From Octopus sinensis (Eukaryota), in contig NC_043010.1 in the NCBI RefSeq assembly GCF_006345805.1, forward strand, positions 27,404,001 through 27,468,000: a stretch of 64,000 nt of DNA, read 5' to 3'. This document shows, one piece after another, positions 52,346 to 64,000 of this stretch (position 1 is the first letter of the stretch; every line of letters begins with the position of its first letter). The translations under genes were made by a program, and so were the position numbers. Below the pieces are notes generated by a model. The model saw nothing but the letters and a program-made list of their open reading frames with translations. It was not told the DNA's origin and ran no database searches.

Positions 52346-52941
52346 GATATTTAAACGATGTTATGTTTTACTTATCTAAATGTGGCTGTTCTGCATATGT
52401 ATGTATATAGCACATAAATGTATATGGTGTAATATATTATATATATATATATCACTCATGTATATGTATGTATAAATATGTTTAGTGTGTAAATATATAT
52501 CTATCTATATATAAATTGTGTATATATGTATATATATATATATAATATATACACACAGATTCATATATAGATAGAAGATATTTACATCGCTAAACACGTT
52601 ATATACATACATATACATGAGTATGTATATATATATATATACATATGCAGAACAGTCACATTAGATAAGTAAAATCATAACATCATTTAAATATCATATA
52701 TATAATATAACAGATTATATATATTATATAATATATATATTTATATGATATTTAAATGATGTATGATTTTACTTATCTAAATGTAGCTGTTCTGCATATG
52801 TATGTATATATGCACATAAATGTATATGTATGTGTATATTTATATATCACTCATGTATATGTATAAATATGTTTAGTGTGTAAATATATATCTATCTATA
52901 TATAAATCTGTGTGTATATATGCATATATATATATTATATA

Positions 52942-53011
<70 letters not shown>

Positions 53012-53107
53012 TATATATACATATATACACACAGATTCATATATAGATAGATAGATATTACACACTAAATACGTTTATACATACCTATACATGAGTGATA
53101 TAGATAT

Positions 53108-53156
<49 letters not shown>

Positions 53157-53230
53157 ATTATATACATACATATACAGAACAGTCACATTTAGATAAGTAA
53201 AATCATAACATCATTTAAATATCATATATA
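51975..53230. repeat. Complex AT-rich minisatellite with alternating direct and inverted units
   Basis: Block CACTCA(C/T)GTATATGT..TTTAGTG at ~51977, 52134, 52453 and 52848. Reverse-complement blocks at ~52550-52700 and ~53030-53225. Confidence 0.7.
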
Positions 53231-53334
53231 TATATATATGTATGTATGTATGTATGTGTGTATATATATGTATGTTTATATATATGCAATATATATGTAT
53301 ATATATATAATATATATATAGGTACATAATATTG

Positions 53335-53370
<36 letters not shown>

Positions 53371-53381
53371 ACATATATATG

Positions 53382-53421
<40 letters not shown>

Positions 53422-53428
53422 TATGTAT

Positions 53429-55399
53429 AAAAATAGAAAAGAGTGAAAAAAACTACAGAAGGCTTGTTTGTAAGGTTTAAGAATATTTTAAGTCGTTATG
53501 TTAGAAAAATGTTAGAAAATTTTGTGTATAGTAAAAAAGTTTTTGGAGAAAAACCGGTTTCGTGTAAACTTTTCAGCATCTCAAATTTCTTTACCTACAT
53601 CGTGTCGTGTCTTCATTATGAAGTGCAAAGAAGAGTTCCAGGCAGGGGGAGGTAATAAGGGATTTCTTCCGGTATAAGGGAAATAATCACTAAACACACA
53701 GATTAAGTCTATTTATGGACATCCTCTTGAAACCCTTCCTTAAACACATCGATAGTCATATCGGAGATGACTTGGATATGTTAAACCACCTTCCAAAAAA
53801 AGTCAAGGAAGAAACAATCATGGTTTCATTTGATGTAGTTAATTTATATACCAGTATACCTCATAATTATGGACTAGAGGCAATACAGTTCTGGCTGGAC
53901 CAATTTCCGGAAGAAATACCAAAAAGGATCAATAAAGAATTCATTACTAAATCGGTTGAATTCATACTACAAAATAACCACTTCGTGTTTGACAATACGT
54001 TTTACCGTCAAAAATCCGGTATTGCTATGGGTACAAGACCAGCAAACAGTCATTGCGAACCTAACAATGGGCTACCTGGAAGTAGTTATATACCAGGAAT
54101 CTTTATCGACCTTTGGAACCCCCCTTTCTCAATACATAAAAGAGAATTGGAAAAGATTCCTGGACGACTGTTTTATACTCTGGAATGAAAACACACATAA
54201 ACTCCTAAAATTCAAAAACCTATTGAACAGCATCAACCCAAATATACAGTTCACAATGGAGTACAACCAAAAGGAGCTTCCATTCTTAGATATACTAATT
54301 AAGAAAATTAACCTAAAAATAGAAACAGACATATTTTACAAAGCCACAGACGCCAAACAGTACCTACTTTTTGATTCATGCTACCCAAGACACACTAAAA
54401 CAAACATCCCTTTCATCCTTGCAAGAAGGATATGCACAATAGTGTCAGAACAAAATATCAGGAACTTTAGACTACAAGAACTCAAAAACACTCTAATTGA
54501 CAGACACTACCCAGTTCAACTCATAGAGGATGGGATCAGACGTGCAACAGAAATCGACATAGAAACTTTGAGAAAAGTTCAACACAACAACACACCTTCC
54601 CCGAAAATACTGCCTTACATATCCACTTACAACCCCAGAAACAAAGAAGCCTTCACCATCATCACACAGAATTTACCAATACTTCAAATGGACCCCAAAT
54701 TAAAGGAAATTCTAAACACACATAAAATCATTAAAAGCTACAAACAACCTAAATCACTCAAAAAGATTCTCACAAAGGCAAAATTGTTTTCTGAAATTAC
54801 GGATGCAAAAGTTTAAAAAATGTGGTAGACCAAACTGTGTAACATGCCCAAACCTTCTAGAAGGATCACTCAGATGCAGATGCACTCTGCATCGACAACA
54901 GATTGCATTCCCAGAATACAGAATGATACCCTTTAGTGAGCATATTAAGAAATGCGCAAAGCAACTACTACCACAATTTTTAATCTTTCCATTCTATCAA
55001 CGTGCTATTGGAACACCAACACAAATTAGATTAAACAAGGAAACATTATTTATTGAAAAATATAAGCCTGAACTTAACCATCCTAACATTCTTGTACAGA
55101 GAAACCCATCTCATTAAAAAGTAAATAGATAAAGTGATTATCTCCCTTATACCGGAAGAAATCCCTTATTACCTCCCCCTGCCTGGAACTCCTCTTTGCA
55201 CTTCATAATGAAGACACGACACGATGTAGGTAAAGAAATTTGAAAACATTGAAAAGTTTACACGAAACCGGTTTTTCTCCCCAAACTTTTTTACTATACA
55301 CAAAATTTTCTAACATTTTTCTAACATAACGACTTAAAAATATTCTTTAACCTTATAAAACAAGCCTTCTGTAGTTTTTTTCATTTTTTTCTATTTTTT
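53429..55399 (+). mobile_element. Penelope-like element (RT + GIY-YIG remnant), 5'-truncated, flanked by ~265-bp inverted repeats
   Basis: SFDVVNLYTSIP, YRQKSGIAMGT, RFLDDCFILW, IQFTME..LPFLDI, YKATD..QYL, C-terminal CGRPNCVTCP..SEHI..E..FI.KYKP.LN. Inverted repeats at 53429-53691 / 55133-55399. Confidence 0.9.
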
Positions 55400-55883
55400 C
55401 TACATCCAACTATGTGCTTTCACACACCAAACTTTCTCACTTATAATGTATGTATATATATATATATAATATATATTATATATATATATATTATATATAT
55501 ATTATATATATATCTTATATATATACAAAGTATGGGGTTTAGGATCTAAACGATTATGGTACACTAGGTAAGTGATGTAACGGATTACAAGAGTTCCAAG
55601 GTTATAGCCGAGACAGTAGTTATGGAGGCATTGCAGATTTCCGATACAAACGTTAAGGGATATCCCAGAAACAGCTGTAAGACTTTGAATTTCTTTTCCA
55701 ATGATAATAATATGAATGACTTGAGATGCCTTAACGTTCGTTTTCCTCTTTAACAATTATATATAGATATATGATAAAGAGAGTGAGAAAGTGAGAGAAA
55801 AAGAGAGTGAGAGAAAAAGAGAGAGGGCTACATATGTAAGTACTTATATACATACACACATACATATATAAATATATATATAT

Positions 55884-55917
<34 letters not shown>

Positions 55918-56105
55918 TATGTATGTATAAGTAAGTATGTACGCATTTATGCATATGTGTGTTTTTGTATCTATGCATGCATGCACTTGTGTATGTATGT
56001 GTGTATTTATACATGTATGTATGCATGTAGGTAAATTTGCGTCTATGAATGTATGAATGTATACTTGTATAGATGGCTGTGAAGATGCTCGATTCTGAGA
56101 GAGAT

Positions 56106-56138
<33 letters not shown>

Positions 56139-56794
56139 AACAGATAGACAGAGACAGACAGACAGACAGAGGGAGCGAAAATGAGAGAGTGAGCATTAAA
56201 GAAGGTGAGTGAAAGTGATAGAAAAGGGCAGAGAAGGAGTTAGAGAGAACGCAACAGAGAATGAAAGTGAGAAGCGGGTAGAACGAGATGAGAGTGATAG
56301 AGAGAAAACAGTAAGAAAATGAAGATGAACACAACATTAGGCTATGTGTATTCTATGTGACGTTGACGCAGATCATGCGAGGCTGAAATATTTTTATTTT
56401 ACATCAGCAACGATGACGTGTGAAGTGGTTTTGATATCTTAACGCCTAGCTAATTGTATTTTTATTTATTTAATTGTATTGTATAGCAATTATTAAGCTA
56501 TAACGTCACTGGTTATGGGGTCTCAATGACTGCTTCACTGCTTTAGCGAATGGAGGGAGACAAGGGAGTGCTGATGCAACTCGGCGGAACAAATATCATA
56601 TGGCTTCGCTCGAAAACAACTGATTTATTAGTTGTTGTCACGCCGTTAGTTTTATCTGTCAACGCTATACACCGCTGAAAGACAGACGTCTACATACATA
56701 TTCACATATACATATATTCATGAAAGCTTGCCCGCTTGCATACATACATGCCTACATACATTCATATACACATGCATTCATATATTTATTTGCA

Positions 56795-57020
56795 TGGCTC
56801 TGTGGTAAGAAGCTTGCTTCCCAACCATATGGTTCTGGGCTCAGTCCCACTGCTTGTACCTTACACGGGTGTCTTCTACCGTAGTCTCAGGCCGACGAAA
56901 GCCTTGTGAGTGGTTTTCATAGACGGAATCTGAAGGAAACACATCATATATATATGTATACATCTATATGTGTGTCTGTGTTTGTCCCGCGTCACTGCAT
57001 GACAATCGGTGTTGATGTGC
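56795..57020 (+). mobile_element. SINE family B, degenerate
   Basis: TGGCTCTGTGGTAAGAAGCTTGCTTCCCAACCATATGGTTCTGGGCTCAGTCCCACTG.. Confidence 0.75.
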
Positions 57021-57050
57021 TTTATATATGTATAGTAATATATATAATAT

Positions 57051-57090
<40 letters not shown>

Positions 57091-57187
57091 ACGGGAAGCT
57101 TTATGAAAATAAACAAAAGACGAAAGCAGGTGGAGTACAAACAAACAATTGTATTAGTATGGCGCTCAGTAATATAAATAAAACAAG

Positions 57188-57225
57188 TCTTTTACGTTTC
57201 GAGCCTATGCTCTTCAACAGAAAGA
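57188..57225 (-). ncRNA. Minimal Penelope-type hammerhead (A6U variant, palindromic ACGU stem III)
   Basis: UCUUU-CUGUUGA-A-GAGC auag GCUC-GAA-ACGU-A-AAAGA. Confidence 0.7.
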
Positions 57226-57242
57226 TACATAATATATATATA

Positions 57243-58100
57243 CTAGCATTAAAGACCCGTCGTTGCCGGGTCATAGTGCTAGTGCATGTATATATGTGTA
57301 TATATATGTGTACATATTACATGTACATCTATATATATACATCTACACATAAAATGCAAAATACAAAGTTATATCTTGGTATCGCTAGTGATAACAATAC
57401 TCAAAATATATAATAGACTGGAATTGTTAGTTATTCTTTTTTCTCTACATTGTATACTTTATAGACAATAGTCTTTTCTTTAATTTAATTTTTTATTATC
57501 CATCTGGACTATTCCATTTCTGCACGCTAATTTTATTTTTAATTTATTCCCATTCATGTGAAACCACTTACTCAAGTTCAAATCATTGATGCAATTTTGT
57601 ACCAATTGCTATTTTTAGTTTTTGTTATGTTACGATTATATTATACTTTAGTTTGATTTTAATTATTACTTACTACATATAATTCAATTGTTATTTTTTT
57701 TTTGTTAAAGTGAAAGCATCTGACATAAAATAGAGAAATATTTTTGTTTCACTTTTAACACGTAATACTGAAATAGTGGAGAAGATATGATATTGCTATG
57801 GGCTCGCTCTAGGCAAGAAGTTGGAAATTTGTTTTGCCCATGAAACTACATGGGCCCTAAGTAAGGCATGTGTAAAATTTGAATGAAATTGGTTGTGTAG
57901 TTCTCAAGTTTTAGGGAATCGTAGTGGAGAAGATATGATATTGCTGTGGGCTCGCCCTAGGCAAAAAGTTAAAAATTTTTGCCGATGACACTCCCCGGAC
58001 CCTAAGTAAGGCATGTGTAAAATGAAATTGGTAATGTAGTTCTCAAGTTTTAGGGAAACACACAGACAGACACACATTCTCAGTTTTATATATATAAAGA
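57243..58100 (-). mobile_element. Non-autonomous Helitron with internal tandem duplication
   Basis: Minus strand 5' TCTTTATATATATAAAAC, 3' hairpin GACCCGGCAACGACGGGTC then CTAG. Duplicated segment at ~57770-57910 / 57920-58050. Confidence 0.8.
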
Positions 58101-58991
58101 TATATGGAACAGGCGAATTAAATTTATATTGAAAATGAAAAAGAAAATGCTTTGAGAATATTATCATTGATAAAAATAAAGAAAATTTTTATGCTACCGG
58201 TTTTAATCGTTTTTATAAATTAGTCCTGTGGTAAGACGAGAAAAATTAAATGGAAATAAATTAAATTATTAAACTAATCTTTTATAATATCAGTTCTGGA
58301 AGTTCACATTAGATGGTGCTGATTGTTAGTTAATTAACCAGCAACGAGCACTAGGGAAATTATACATATATATACATATATGTATACATACTCCTACACA
58401 CATGTATATACATATATATGTACTTCTATCTATCTATATGTGTCTGTTCAGTCAGTTTGAGGATATAGTGTCCTCGTAAGGGATTACAAAATCCAGAGAC
58501 CAACTGATGTTACTCCCTCCATGTCCCCACTTACTTTTCTAATAAACTAATGTTTACTTTGCGTAGATACTTAACTTATGAATATGTCGTCCTCATCCAT
58601 CTTATCTAGAAAGTTTTTCCCTCCAACTTGAATTTCTGTGAAAAAATATGTAAGACTGCGCTGAAGAGATCTGGTCACCTTGTTTTTTTAACATGTAAAA
58701 CTTAACATGGTTCGAACCCTCCGAAGCACTGTTTACACAGTGACCAGATTGAACCATGTGTAGGCACTTCTTTTGCTTATTTCTATGCTAATGTATATTC
58801 ATTTAAATTTTATTTGTATTAAACTATTTGCTATGGTCATATTGTGATACAAAAAAATAAGTATCCACAATATTCTTTCTCCGTTTTCTTATAGTAATAA
58901 ATAAATAAATAAATATATATATATAAATTTTTTTCGTAATGTGATAAAAAAAACAAGGGTTTGTAGATTTTAGAACATTTATAAATTGAAG

Positions 58992-59039
58992 GTCTTACAG
59001 CTGTTTCTAAGATATTTATTATATCCCTTCATCGGAGAC
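58992..59039 (-). ncRNA. Minimal hammerhead (U4C variant, palindromic ACAGCUGU stem III)
   Basis: GUCU-CCGAUGA-A GGGAUAU aauaa AUAUCUU A-GAA-ACAGCUGU-A-AGAC. Confidence 0.65.
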
Positions 59040-59134
59040 GGTGTGAGAAGATGGTTAAGCAATAGTTAATTTAGATAAGATACGAAACGTAGAGTGTATA
59101 TAAAATATATACATACATATATGTATGTATGCAA

Positions 59135-59178
<44 letters not shown>

Positions 59179-59454
59179 ATATATATATATGGATATATAA
59201 CATATACTATAATATATATATATATAATCCGTATATATATATATATAGATATGATAATAAATAAATATATATATATCTATATATATATATATATATTCCA
59301 TACAGATATGAGATAGAAGCGGGCACTATCTCTTGATCAACTCCCGGATCGGTCTCTATCTGTGATCTATCTGATTTTGAAATCTGTAACTATCTACTAT
59401 CCAAGAAGTTCTACTGATCTATCCAGATCATCATTGATCTGCTCTTATCTCATC

Positions 59455-59480
59455 CTCTATATATCTATCTCTATCTGTCC

Positions 59481-59530
<50 letters not shown>

Positions 59531-59575
59531 TATCTATCTATCTATACATCCATCCATCCATCCATCCATCCATCC

Positions 59576-59610
<35 letters not shown>

Positions 59611-59611
59611 C

Positions 59612-59687
<76 letters not shown>

Positions 59688-59900
59688 GTCTGTCTGTCTG
59701 TCTGTCTGTATCCATTTATCTCTATACATAATAATGTATGTATTTATATTATATATATATGAGTATACACACACGCACATATATACATACATGAACGCGC
59801 ACACACACATATATGCATAGGTATATACGCATAAATATTTACATATATTAATGCATGCACACATACATACATGGATGCATGAATGCATACATACATGCAT
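59455..59900. repeat. (ATCT)n/(ATCC)n/(CTGT)n microsatellite
   Basis: Directly visible. Confidence 0.9.
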
Positions 59901-60312
59901 AGTGTTTAAATAAAAAATATATATAATAATAATAATAAATGTAGTTTGAATATCTGAATGAAGATAGCAGCAAGGTTAACCAATGGAAGAGGCCAGGCAA
60001 GGCAAGGCTTGCAATTAGAAAGTCAAGAACAAAAAAGAAAAAAAAAAGAAAAGAAAAAATGTAACTGGAAAAATTTCATTCATTACTCCATCATCCAATG
60101 TCTTTAATACTAACAACAAACTGCGACGACGACGCCACACACATCGTTACCAGCATCACCTGAGCTAATTCACTCCCCAATCAAGCCAGCCTCCAACCCC
60201 AACGACCACCTTCACCACCCGGCACCGCTGCCACCGCCACCATCATACCGGTGATATTTCCAGACCTTCAACTTGAACAGCTATCTGCTAGTGATGTCAT
60301 TACTTTCTCCAT

Positions 60313-60499
60313 TGACGTCAAAAGTCCAATAGATTGTCTCTTGTGTTTCTTTTTCTTTCTCTTCCTCCTCCTGCTCCTCTTTCTACGTTTTTCTCCTCTT
60401 TCTTTCTTCTTTTTCTTCTTCGTTTCCCTCTTCACCAAGGGTGATGTGCTGACGTCATCAGTGCGACACACGAAAGTTACATTACCTGAAGTGTGTCGC
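60313..60499. promoter_or_regulatory. Candidate cis-regulatory cluster: two CRE palindromes, CCAAT, 9-bp inverted repeat
   Basis: TGACGTCA at 60313-60320 and 60450-60457, CCAAT at 60326-60330, GCGACACAC 60463-60471 / GTGTGTCGC 60491-60499. Confidence 0.3.
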
Positions 60500-61349
60500 T
60501 GTTGCTTTGCTTACGTGTTCCATTGACAAAAAAGAAAAAAATAAAGTGTCGCAAGCGATACGAGCGGATACATATGTGTGCGTGTGTGCGTGCGCACGCA
60601 CGTGTGCTCGTGTGTGTGAGCAACAAGCACGCGCGCAATATGTAAACATATATATACACACACGTAAATAATTTTTATATCCCTTTGTATTTATATATAG
60701 AGATATATATATATACATGTATGTATGTATATATAAAATTACATATAGTTATATGTATATACCTGCATACGTATACATATATGTAGGTCTGTGTGTGTGT
60801 GTGTGCGTGTGTGTGTGTGTGCATATAACCTTGTCTGTTTTTGTAAGTGCAAGCGAATACCACAACATAACGGCAACTTCGTCTTCCATTCACCCCCCAC
60901 CCGCACCCCCATCTCCTCCCACCCCTCAACCCACCCCTCAACGCATCACCTCTTCTTTCTCTCTATTTTCTCCTTCCTTCTCTTTCTTCCATCTCTCTAT
61001 ATTTCTGTCTGTCTCTCTTTCTCTCTCTGTCTCTCTGTCTTTGTCTGTCTGTCTCTTTCTCTCTCCCCCCTCTCTCTCTCTCTCTCGCTCGCTCCTTCTC
61101 TCTCTTCCTCGACCTTAGCACTAGAGATTTGAGTAAACCAATGCCTTTTGTTTGTTGCTGTTCGACGTAGTTTAAATCCGCCACCTTCGTAAAACCCGTG
61201 TAGTGCAAAAATGCTCTGGAATAAAATGCGATGCGATGCAGCTGTCGTTTTGCACAGATATCCGGGCGTGTGTGTGTGTGTCTGTGTGTCTGTGTGCGTG
61301 TACGTGTATGAAAGTGTGTGTGTGTGTTTGAATGAAATTGTGTGTGTGT

Positions 61350-61390
<41 letters not shown>

Positions 61391-61716
61391 AACATATTAG
61401 CAAAGACGCACACATACACGACATGTCTATATTCCATTCCAAACCAAAACATCGAATCGTTGCTACACACACACGCGCCATTATGCTTGCACGGCTAACT
61501 GTTGACATTAAATGTACAAAACAAACCAAAAAAGTATATAAAATAAAATGAAATAAAATATATACAAGTCAATCAGTAAATGATATCGTAAATAATGTCT
61601 TATGAATTAATATGTTCCATAGCAACTGTTTTCTGTATGTAAAGCAATGCATAACACATAACACGTAGACGTACAAACGGAATCGCGCATGCGCGCAGAA
61701 ATAGATCTGCTCGCTT

Positions 61717-61780
<64 letters not shown>

Positions 61781-61848
61781 TCACACACACACACACATAC
61801 ACACACACGCGCGCTCGCACACTCTCTCTTAGAAGGACAGATACAGCG

Positions 61849-61900
<52 letters not shown>

Positions 61901-61931
61901 AACAGACGGGCAGATAGACGGGCAGATGGAC

Positions 61932-61998
<67 letters not shown>

Positions 61999-62114
61999 GA
62001 TACACATAGGAACATATATACATATATACATATACATCATATATATATATATATGTACACACATTATATATATGTATGTATATATAAATTATATATATGT
62101 GTGTGTATACATTG

Positions 62115-62160
<46 letters not shown>

Positions 62161-62179
62161 CGCGTAAGATATTTGAGGA

Positions 62180-63262
62180 CATTCCTTTTTGGTGTCATTG
62201 CTGCATTTTTTGCTAATTCTGTATAATCTTTGTTTCAGAAAATAACAATGACAGACCCTTAGCTTACTCAAGAAATGAAGAGCCATTTTGTTATTGTGGT
62301 TGTAAAGGCTGAGCAAAGCGATTTAGAAATATCTCGATTTTTAAAAGTTGCCAGATCTTTCGTCTACAAAGTTTGTAAGGAGCTAGAGACTGAAGATGGA
62401 AACGTTTCACCAGTATCAAATCATAAAAACATTCTAAATGCTCTGAAATCGCAAGAACACCTGAATTTATCCAGCAAGTTCAACAGACCATTGATTACAA
62501 TCCCAGAAAGTCCATGAGGTCAATTGCAAAAGACCTCCATGTGTCAGAAGAAACAGTCAGAAATGTTGTCCACGCAGACATCAGATATAAATCTTACATG
62601 ATGTGGAAAGGTCAATTTGTCAGAAGAAGCAAAAGAAAATCACTACATCAGATCTAAAAGGTTCTTAAGCAAACTGAAAAATCCAGCAGAGGAAGATTTG
62701 ATTAGGTTTTTCTCAAATGAGTAACACTTCCATCAAGATCAAAAAGTTAACAGAAGAAATGACAGATGGTTATGTGCAGACCCTTCTTAAGTTCTAAGTG
62801 TTATGCATACAAAATTTCCTGCAACTATCATGGTTTTAGGGGTTGTCAGCAATAAAGGACATGTGGTGCCTCCTTACTTCTTTCCACAAGGCTTTAGAGT
62901 TAACTCTGCTGCCTACATTGAGGTCCTGGAAATAATTATTAAGCCCAGGATAGACAGTGTGTGCAATGGAACGTCATATGTGTTCCAGTAAGACTCTACA
63001 CTATCATACATGGCTCTAGTAACACAGGAATGGATGGCTAAAAAGTTTCATGATCCCATAATCCCTAACATTTGGCCTCCTAATTCCCTATATCCCAATC
63101 CATTGGACTATTACATGCGGAGATTTGTTGAGAGAGAGGTCAATGAATACGCCCATAACAGCAACGATCCTTTGAAAACTGCCATAGTCAGAGTAATGTC
63201 CAAAATGAACCAGGACCACTTGATTCGAGCATGTAGATGATTTAGATCTCATATAGAAGCAT
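62180..63262 (+). mobile_element. Decayed Tc1/mariner superfamily transposon, DD37D (maT)-like
   Basis: HTH EISRFLKVARSFVYKV. TKFPATIMVLGVVS..GHVVPPYFF, YVFQ*DS, TQEWM, IWPPNS..NPLDYY (third catalytic D). Confidence 0.85.
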
Positions 63263-63302
63263 TTCGTCCGACGTGCTAACGTTTCTACCAGCTCGCCGCC
63301 TT
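63262..63302 (-). mobile_element. Nin-domain SINE head fragment
   Basis: TTTCGTCCGACGTGCTAACGTTTCTACCAGCTCGCCGCCTT. Confidence 0.6.
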
Positions 63303-63305
63303 AAA

Positions 63306-63363
<58 letters not shown>

Positions 63364-63372
63364 TAATAATAA

Positions 63373-63403
<31 letters not shown>

Positions 63404-63421
63404 AAGAAGAAGAAGAAGAAG

Positions 63422-63534
63422 AACACTTTCCATACAATAACCATCAGAGCATCACAACAAATCACAGCACATACCCAAGGCACACAGAGCTGCGCTCGGT
63501 AGTGAAGTGAAAGCACGCTATAAAAATAAAACTA

Positions 63535-63572
<38 letters not shown>
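63422..63572 (+). mobile_element. R4/Dong 3'-terminal fragment between (GAA)n and (AAT)n
   Basis: Near-identical to the reverse complement of 24994-25115 (..GAAAGCACGCTATAAAAATAAAACTACTGAATAAT). Confidence 0.85.
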
Positions 63573-63573
<1 letters not shown>

Positions 63574-63574
63574 T

Positions 63575-64000
63575 GTATTGGCATCCTTTCTGTCTCGGGA
63601 GACAATGGAGTTGCGCATGAAGTAGTCTAGTCCGGCTTTTATATTTCATGTCCTGATACATTCCCTGCTGTGGCTGTGTAGTCCTATCCTGGACAAACAC
63701 TCCATCTGGCAGGTACCGCAAATGTAACGAAGACTGTTCCTGGCTGGTTGTAGTGCCATAGTCTCTTGTTTACGTCTCTTCCTTTCTTTCCATTTCTCCT
63801 CTCTCTCTCTGTCACTCCTTTGTATTCCCTCTATTACGGTACGTCGCCATTCTCCACGGTTGCCGGCAACTGCCTCCCAACCGCTAATATTGATGTTGCA
63901 GGCCTTCATGTCTCTTTTGCAAACATCCTTGTAACGTAAGATCGGTCTACCCACAGACCTAGTACCCCTAGCAAGCTCTCCGTAGAGTATGTCCTTGGGG
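63575..64000 (-). mobile_element. RTE-clade LINE 3' part (runs off window)
   Basis: ORF 63646-63954 GRPILRYKDVCKRDMK..W...GNRGEWR..C.TC..ECLSRIGLHSHSREC. Preceded by LYGELA.G. Confidence 0.85.

Noticed and set aside
55195-55290. Hammerhead in the Penelope terminal repeat (AUAAUGA..GAAACCGGUU)
   Set aside because: Palindromic GAAACCGGUU is suggestive but the core and stems I/II do not fit in this copy.
60268-60471. Basic Lys/Arg-rich ORF as a host exon
   Set aside because: Derived from a low-complexity pyrimidine tract, with no splice or homology support.

Overview
Eukaryotic, AT-rich, repeat-saturated genomic DNA with no host protein-coding gene that I can support. The repeat complement (Nin-domain and other tRNA-derived SINEs, CR1, RTE, R4/Dong, Tx1, Penelope, mariner/maT, Helitron, very dense TA/CA/ATCT/AAT microsatellites) suggests a coleoid cephalopod, probably Octopus (inference). 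All recognisable ORFs are decayed transposon ORFs, and the other ORFs are microsatellite artefacts. The main result is RNA-structural: eight hammerhead-ribozyme (HHR)-like motifs lie in short repeats that resemble Penelope terminal repeats. Two of them (11941-12060 minus, 30881-30964 plus) are unrelated in sequence but fold into the same non-circularly permuted, pseudoknotted hammerhead. Their strand order is P4 / II-5' / P0 / III-GUH-I / II-GAAA-III / P0' / I-CUGANGA / P4', and the helices are retained with different sequences. All pairings were read by eye and no folding, database search or assay was run. Element boundaries are approximate unless defined by TIR/TSD or motif positions.
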